Assembly (NCBI RefSeq): GCF_003044035.1
Contig: NZ_NVQC01000009.1
Coordinates: forward strand, 120,001-152,000
DNA: 32,000 bases
Source of the DNA: Candidatus Methylomirabilis limnetica
Lineage (GTDB): Bacteria; Methylomirabilota; Methylomirabilia; Methylomirabilales; Methylomirabilaceae
Reading direction: 5' to 3'
In this document: positions 26,860 to 32,000 of the stretch, one piece after another
Layout of the letters: each line of letters opens with the position of its first letter
Position numbering within the stretch: position 1 is the stretch's first letter
Notes under the pieces: model-generated
The model's input: only the letters and a program-made list of their open reading frames with translations
What the model was told of the DNA's origin: nothing
Database searches by the model: none
Made by a program: the position numbers and the translations under genes

Positions 26860-27513
26860 TCAGTTGGTGCCAGTCTTCATCCGGTGAGACTTCTGTGGGC
26901 CAGGCTCCGGTAAAAACTCCTGATTAATCGGGATCCCTCTGCGGCACATCGGGCAGTTCTTCGGGGCGTACGTCGGGAATTCCCGGTCGACCAGCGTAAA
27001 AAAGGGGAACGTGAAGTTCACCTTTCGAATCCGTCGCCAGAGTGTCCCGATTCCAACCACCGTCCCGCCTAATGAGTTGACCAGTTTAATAAGCTCCTTG
27101 ACAGTCTCACCAGTAGTCACAATGTCTTCGACAATCAGCACCTTAGGGTTACCAACAAAGTACTGCCGAAATCCCCTCGGAAGAGCTACATAGCTGACAC
27201 CGGACTCATCGCGTTGCTTGCCGGCATAGATGAAGCGGGGTCGCAAAGGATGAGCGCGCGCCACGCAATGGCCCAGCAACGAGGCGCCGTAGCCGGTGGT
27301 AAGGACCAGGTCGATCGGCTCCTCGGCGAAATGCTTTGCGATCACGTCTCCTAACCCTTCCGTGAAGGCCGGCTCGGTGGTAGCTAACGCCTTCTCCACG
27401 TACTCCTGGGCGTGACGCCCCGAGGACAATACGAAGTGATCGTTCGTGAGATACGCTCCGGTCCTGAGGATGATACCCCGGTTGATCCGCTCCAAGATCT
27501 CTGCGTCCATCAT
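26860..27513 (-). CDS. Phosphoribosyltransferase (orotate-PRT-like)
   Basis: The PRPP-binding motif is VLIVEDIVTTGETV. Candidate starts are ATG 27513 or 27510, or GTG 27522. Confidence 0.65.
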   Translation of the reverse strand: MMDAEILERINRGIILRTGAYLTNDHFVLSSGRHAQEYVEKALATTEPAFTEGLGDVIAKHFAEEPIDLVLTTGYGASLLGHCVARAHPLRPRFIYAGKQRDESGVSYVALPRGFRQYFVGNPKVLIVEDIVTTGETVKELIKLVNSLGGTVVGIGTLWRRIRKVNFTFPFFTLVDREFPTYAPKNCPMCRRGIPINQEFLPEPGPQKSHRMKTGTN

Positions 27514-27554
27514 AATCCTCACGCATTATGGCTGTTCAGCTACCGGCCGTCCCT

Positions 27555-27609
27555 GTAGGGGTAGGGCTTGCCCTACCCAAAGAGGGCGCAGCAAGCAGCG
27601 CCCCTACGC
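27555..27609. repeat. REP-like double-hairpin extragenic repeat, copy 2
   Basis: The sequence is GTAGGGGTAGGGCTTGCCCTACCCAAAGAGGGCGCAGCAAGCAGCGCCCCTACGC. It lies between the glyS stop and the PRT start. Confidence 0.8.
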
Positions 27610-27617
27610 CGGAAGAC

Positions 27618-29687
27618 TTACGAAGCCATAATCTTACTGAAGTTCGCGATCCCGCAAAACAGGTCAGCAACCTCCTTCAGGATGGCCAAACGGTTCTCCT
27701 GCAGATCTCGATCCTCCACCATCACCATAACCTCCTCGAAGAACATATCCACAATGGGGCGGATCGCGGCGATGAGTTGCAGAGCTCGAACGTAGTCGCC
27801 GGCTTGGACCAGGCGTTCTGTCTCAGTCCGTAGCGTTGTGGCTTCGCTATGGAGCGCTCGCTCGGCGCTGCTCACGAACCGCCTTGGATCAACCGATCCG
27901 GAGAAACCCTTGGGAAGGATATTGAGCACCCGTTTGAAGGTCGCCGCCAGCTCCGTAAAATCGGCCTCACGCCTGAAGGCAGCCAATGCCTCGGCGCGTT
28001 TGCCGGCATCGGATACCCGCTCTGCATTGACGGAAAGGGCAGCCTCGACGAGATCGCCGGGTACACCCCGTTCTATCAGGATCGCCTGGAGCCTGGCCGC
28101 CATAAACCCCATGACCTCTTGTGCTATACGCTCCCTCGGCAGCGGCAAGCGATCACCAAAGAGCTCCAAGCTCTTGCTTATCGGCTGCGAGAGCGGCAGA
28201 TCGATTCCTGTGCTGAGAAGGATCTGCACGACCCCTTGCGCGAGTCGCCGGAGGGCGTACGGATCTTCTGATCCGCTCGGTATGAGCCCGATGCCGAAGC
28301 AGCCACAGATGGTGTCGAGCCGGTCGGCGATGCCTACGAGAGCGCCAACCAGTGATTCCGGGAGCCTGTCGCCTGCAAAGCGGGGGAGATAGTGCTCCTC
28401 AATTGCTTGGGCCACAACCGCGGACTCCCCGGAGAGCTGGGCATACTCACGGCCCATAACCCCTTGCAGGCTTGGGAACTCCTTAACCATCGTGGTTACG
28501 AGGTCAGCCTTGCACAACTGAGCTGACTGACAGGCGTCATGGACAAGGTGCGGGGCAACCTGCTCAGCCAGGTAGGCGACCAGCTTGGTAAGCCGCTCGA
28601 CCTTCTCTAGCATTGTGCCAAGGCGCTCCTGAAAGGTAATCCCCTTCAGTTGGGGCACTCGCTCGCGAAGCTGGACCCTGCGATCCTCTTTGAAAAAAAA
28701 TGCGGCGTCCTTGAGCCGCGCGCTCAGGACCCGTTCGTTGCCTGTACGGATGACCTCCATGTCCTTCGCCTTCATGTTGGAGATCGTCACGAAATACGGG
28801 AGGAGCTTGCCGGCATCGTCAGCCACCGGAAAGTAGCGCTGATGCTTCCGCATGGGGGTCATGATCACTTCACGAGGTAAGAGGAGATACTCCTGTTCGA
28901 AGCGGCCACAGACCACGGTAGGGTATTCCACTAGGGAGGTCACCATCTCTACCAGCTCATCGTCGAAGATCGGTTTCCCGCCAACCTTGGCCGCGGCCTC
29001 TTCGGCCAGCCTTGTCACCAGTTCCCGGCGACGGTGCTGGTTCACGATGACATACCGCTCTTCCAGTTTTTCGATATAATCCTGGAAGCTTCTGATGCGA
29101 ATCTGGCCACGGCTCAGAAATCGGTGACCGTACGTCTTGTTTCCGCTTTTGACCCCGTCAATTTCAAAGGGGATCACCCGACCACTGTACAGGGCAACGA
29201 GCCATCGGATCGGGCGGACAAACCGGAAGGTGCCTTGCCCCCACCGCATCGACTTCGGAAAGGAGAGCGACGTGATCAGGCGGGGTAGGATAACCGGCAG
29301 CATCTCCTCCAAGCGCACGACCCGCTCCACGATGACCGCAACGACGTACTCTCCACGGTCAAGCGTCTTGACGCGGAGGTCCTCCACAGAGACGGCTTGT
29401 GCCCTCGCGAAGCCAAGCGCGGCCTTGGTCGGAAGGCCCTCCTGATCGAACGCGACCGCCTTGGATGGTCCCACCACCTCACGGACCAGGTCACCCTGGC
29501 TCTGATCCAGCCGCTCAACATACAAGGTAAGGCGCCGAGGAGTGCCGAGCGTGCGTACGCCAGAAAAGGTGATGCGCTGCTCTTCGAAAAGGCGGCATGC
29601 CTGTACCTCCAGATCCTTCAGAACCGACGGCATGTAGCTGGAGGGCATCTCCTCGGTCCCGATCTCAAACAACAGGTCTTGGGTCAT
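27618..29687 (-). CDS. glyS: Glycine--tRNA ligase beta subunit
   Basis: The 689-aa product begins MTQDLLFEIGTEEMP... and shows GlyS-like sequence throughout. It lies directly downstream of glyQ. Confidence 0.92.
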   Translation of the reverse strand: MTQDLLFEIGTEEMPSSYMPSVLKDLEVQACRLFEEQRITFSGVRTLGTPRRLTLYVERLDQSQGDLVREVVGPSKAVAFDQEGLPTKAALGFARAQAVSVEDLRVKTLDRGEYVVAVIVERVVRLEEMLPVILPRLITSLSFPKSMRWGQGTFRFVRPIRWLVALYSGRVIPFEIDGVKSGNKTYGHRFLSRGQIRIRSFQDYIEKLEERYVIVNQHRRRELVTRLAEEAAAKVGGKPIFDDELVEMVTSLVEYPTVVCGRFEQEYLLLPREVIMTPMRKHQRYFPVADDAGKLLPYFVTISNMKAKDMEVIRTGNERVLSARLKDAAFFFKEDRRVQLRERVPQLKGITFQERLGTMLEKVERLTKLVAYLAEQVAPHLVHDACQSAQLCKADLVTTMVKEFPSLQGVMGREYAQLSGESAVVAQAIEEHYLPRFAGDRLPESLVGALVGIADRLDTICGCFGIGLIPSGSEDPYALRRLAQGVVQILLSTGIDLPLSQPISKSLELFGDRLPLPRERIAQEVMGFMAARLQAILIERGVPGDLVEAALSVNAERVSDAGKRAEALAAFRREADFTELAATFKRVLNILPKGFSGSVDPRRFVSSAERALHSEATTLRTETERLVQAGDYVRALQLIAAIRPIVDMFFEEVMVMVEDRDLQENRLAILKEVADLFCGIANFSKIMAS

Positions 29688-29712
29688 CAGGGGTTGTCCT
29701 GCGCTATGTGGT

Positions 29713-30591
29713 TTATGACTGCCACGCCTTCATGAGTGGAAAGCCCGCCTCCTCACGCTGCTTTAGATAGGCTTCGGCGCAGCGACGCGCGAGGTTTCGC
29801 ACGCGACCGATGAAGCTGGTCCGCTCAGTGACACCTATCGCCCCCCTGGCGTCCAAGAGGTTAAAGGTGTGAGAAGACTTGAGGCAGTAGTCGTATGCCG
29901 GCAGCACTAGTCCCTTCTCGATAAGGCGGAGACCTTCCCGCTCATATTTGTCGAAAAGCTGAAACTGGAGTGCCACATCGGCTTCCTCGAAGTTGTGGAC
30001 CGACCACTCCACCTCACTCTTGTGATGGATGTCACCGTAGGTCACGCCCTTGACCCACGTCAGGTCGTAGACGCTGTCCACTCCCTGTAGGAACATGGCA
30101 ATCCGCTCGATCCCATAGGTCAACTCCACAGAGACCGGTTTCAGGTCGATGCCCCCAGCCTGCTGAAAATAGGTGAATTGGGTGATCTCCAAGCCGTCAA
30201 GCCAGACCTCCCAGCCTAGCCCCCAGGCGCCAAGGGTTGGCGACTCCCAGTCGTCTTCCACGAAACGGATATCGTGCTTGAGTGGGTCGATACCCAGGCT
30301 CCGAAGGCTGTCCAGGTAGATCTCCTGAATGTCGTCTGGGGATGGCTTCATGATGACCTGATACTGGTAGTAGTGCTGGAGGCGATTCGGATTTTCTCCG
30401 TACCGTCCATCAGCGGGGCGCCGAGTCGACTCGACATAGGCGACCTTCCACGGCTCAGGGCCCAGGACACGCAGAAATGTGGCAGGGTTCATCGTTCCCG
30501 CACCCACTTCAACGTCGTAAGGCTGCTGGATGACACAGCCCTGCTCTGCGAAAAATCGCTGTAATGCGAGGATCAGTTCTTGAAACGTCAT
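29713..30591 (-). CDS. glyQ: Glycine--tRNA ligase alpha subunit
   Basis: [19 protein letters not shown]...[26 protein letters not shown] is GlyQ. The start ATG at 30591 gives the canonical N-terminus. Confidence 0.93.
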   Translation of the reverse strand: MTFQELILALQRFFAEQGCVIQQPYDVEVGAGTMNPATFLRVLGPEPWKVAYVESTRRPADGRYGENPNRLQHYYQYQVIMKPSPDDIQEIYLDSLRSLGIDPLKHDIRFVEDDWESPTLGAWGLGWEVWLDGLEITQFTYFQQAGGIDLKPVSVELTYGIERIAMFLQGVDSVYDLTWVKGVTYGDIHHKSEVEWSVHNFEEADVALQFQLFDKYEREGLRLIEKGLVLPAYDYCLKSSHTFNLLDARGAIGVTERTSFIGRVRNLARRCAEAYLKQREEAGFPLMKAWQS

Positions 30592-30635
30592 CACGTGTCC
30601 CGCTGGGCTTTTCATGATCATGTCCGTGCGTTGTA

Positions 30636-30758
30636 ACTACTCAGGTGTTTAGGCTGAAGGCTCTCAACTATCTCGCAAGATACGAATCAAGCCATTCAAG
30701 ACCTGTTCGGTTCCTACCCCTCAAAGCCTTCAGCCTTCAGTCTATCTACCTGAGTAGT
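30636..30758 (-). promoter_or_regulatory. Long imperfect hairpin in the glyQS leader
   Basis: ACTACTCAGGT..AGGCTGAAGGCT pairs with AGCCTTCAGCCT...ACCTGAGTAGT across about 120 nt, ending about 45 nt upstream of the glyQ ATG. Confidence 0.35.
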
Positions 30759-30976
30759 GAGAAAGTGAGAGAGGAAAACCCGTAGCCATACAATATGGCG
30801 GATTCCTTGAAAAGCCTAAACGCCATGGAGGCTAGCAACTTAGCCTCCAGTCTGTCAAGGAAAAACCTGGGAAATCACTGGAAACGGACTAGGCATGGTA
30901 CCACCCTGCAACGAGCTTGGGGGAATGGGTCTGATATCCGTTGGAGGGAAAGCCGGGTAAACCCTTGCTACCCCTT

Positions 30977-31744
30977 TTAGGCCACCTTTTTCCGCTTGCT
31001 GTATCTGTTGTAGAGTATTATGCCGCCTATGAGGACCGACATGCCGAGTAATATGCCGGCTGCATCCTTCCCCACGTTTGAGAAATACGAGGGGAGGCGC
31101 GACTGTGTTTCGAGACCTACCGTAAAAGGAACGCTGAACGTCGGATCAACGGCGTGTATTTCTGCCTCTGTTGGGTCACCACTGCCGTGACTATGCGTGA
31201 CCATGTTCAGTTCCCCGGGCTCGGAAGCGGAATGAGGCTTATGGGCAATCCCAGGCCCGACGCTTTCAAACTTTATAATGGCCATATACTGACCGGCCGT
31301 GGCAATGTCGGCATCGAGTCTGACCGCCCCATCACGGTACACTGTAGGCGGAAGGGAGAGGATTTCATGGGAGTGTTGACTGCTGCCCTTGTCTTCGTGG
31401 CCTTCGGGGGCCTTAACAATCCGGACGGAGATGGGTAGGGCTCGCATCTCTTCATTGAACAGGTCAAAGGCTATCGAGAATTTTCCCGTCTTCGGGATCC
31501 CTTCGCAGTACGACTTAAATTCCTTTTTTACCTTTTCTGACCCTACTTCGTGCAACATGCCGATCTCTGATGCGCCGTATTGTTGCTGATAGGCCGTAAA
31601 GTGAACCGTGTAGTGGCCCTTCTGTAGGACGCATGCATCCGCTTCGTCCATGCCACTCATAGACTCACCGCCGTGGGCACGGGCCTGGGATGTCCAGGCA
31701 ACAAGCAGAAGCGTCGCGAAGCATAACGAGATCAGGCGTTTCAT
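30977..31744 (-). CDS. Secreted His-rich protein with C-terminal membrane anchor (hypothetical)
   Basis: The signal peptide is MKRLISLCFATLLLVAWTSQARA. His-rich clusters include HGGESMSGM, EGHEDKGSSQHSHE and VTHSHGSGD. A C-terminal TM helix is followed by a basic tail. Confidence 0.6.
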   Translation of the reverse strand: MKRLISLCFATLLLVAWTSQARAHGGESMSGMDEADACVLQKGHYTVHFTAYQQQYGASEIGMLHEVGSEKVKKEFKSYCEGIPKTGKFSIAFDLFNEEMRALPISVRIVKAPEGHEDKGSSQHSHEILSLPPTVYRDGAVRLDADIATAGQYMAIIKFESVGPGIAHKPHSASEPGELNMVTHSHGSGDPTEAEIHAVDPTFSVPFTVGLETQSRLPSYFSNVGKDAAGILLGMSVLIGGIILYNRYSKRKKVA

Positions 31745-31927
31745 GTTTCAATTCCTCCTTCAGTTGTCACTAAGATTTCCATGTTGCGTGATCCAGTGAC
31801 GAGCATTGTACACCAAAAACACCTTCCACCTTCCACTTTTTGGGAGCCCTCTTTACGGTCTAGACGCTCCCGGCACCTACCCTGGAACGCCTTCGGCAAG
31901 AAACCCGATGCAGAACTTCTCGGTCGA

Positions 31928-32000
31928 TCACCGGGTTCCGGACATATCCGAGGTGTGTGTCGTTTCACGCTCTTGGAGTTGCTGCTCCAGTTCAGCGATT
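31928..32000 (-). CDS. 3' end of an unidentified minus-strand gene (partial)
   Basis: The open frame ...IAELEQQLQERETTHTSDMSGTR* runs off the window edge. Confidence 0.25.
   Translation of the reverse strand, partial: IAELEQQLQERETTHTSDMSGTR

Noticed and set aside
30920-30976. A cobalamin-riboswitch-like string (GGAGGGAAAGCCGGGTAAACCC) on the + strand.
   Set aside because: Only a short partial resemblance exists, with no B12 box. The only adjacent gene on that side is on the opposite strand, so nothing downstream could be regulated.

Overview
The window has a conserved backbone split by an accessory island of about 14.3 kb.

Backbone, 1-3753 and 18049-32000:
- A UbiD-family decarboxylase.
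- A methanofuran/H4MPT-type cofactor cluster: mfnB, mfnE-like, mfnF-like and mfnD-like genes, a HisA-like barrel and a PTPS-like gene.
- Calvin-cycle/pentose-phosphate genes: a prk remnant, gap and tkt.
- A pterin dehydratase, a PagL-like outer-membrane protein, a phosphoribosyltransferase and glyQS.

This gene content fits a methylotroph or methanotroph that fixes CO2 (for example NC10-like). I cannot verify the organism from the sequence alone.

Island, about 3754-18048:
- It sits between mfnE and mfnF and ends 8 nt from the mfnF stop codon.
- Every credible ORF in it is on the + strand.
- Cargo: a SIR2-like protein, a lipoprotein, a Phd antitoxin, KatG, a P-loop kinase, an 820-aa secreted protein, VapBC, a PIN protein with a small partner, and a hemerythrin-GGDEF cyclase.
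- The cargo blocks differ visibly in base composition and are separated by one family of structured repeats.

Main observations in the island:
1. Boundary repeats lose homology at a conserved ...GCCCGCCG|TT or ...GCCCCGCG|TT. One about 120-bp unit is a circular permutation of a perfect long hairpin. This is integron-attC-like logic, but no integrase gene lies in the window.
2. An ORF-less group IIC intron (16095-16708) is inserted exactly at GT|T of such a site. The matching empty site is present at 8158-8170.
3. A second, 5'-truncated intron copy (6795-7558) carries staggered head-to-tail restarts.
4. A 290-nt module bounded by inverted repeats occurs inside both introns and once alone.
5. 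A 23-nt hairpin motif begins every repeat unit, always in the same orientation, and truncates three genes.
6. Decayed fragments resembling a tyrosine recombinase sit inside the boundary repeats.

No rRNA gene, tRNA gene or CRISPR array was recognised.
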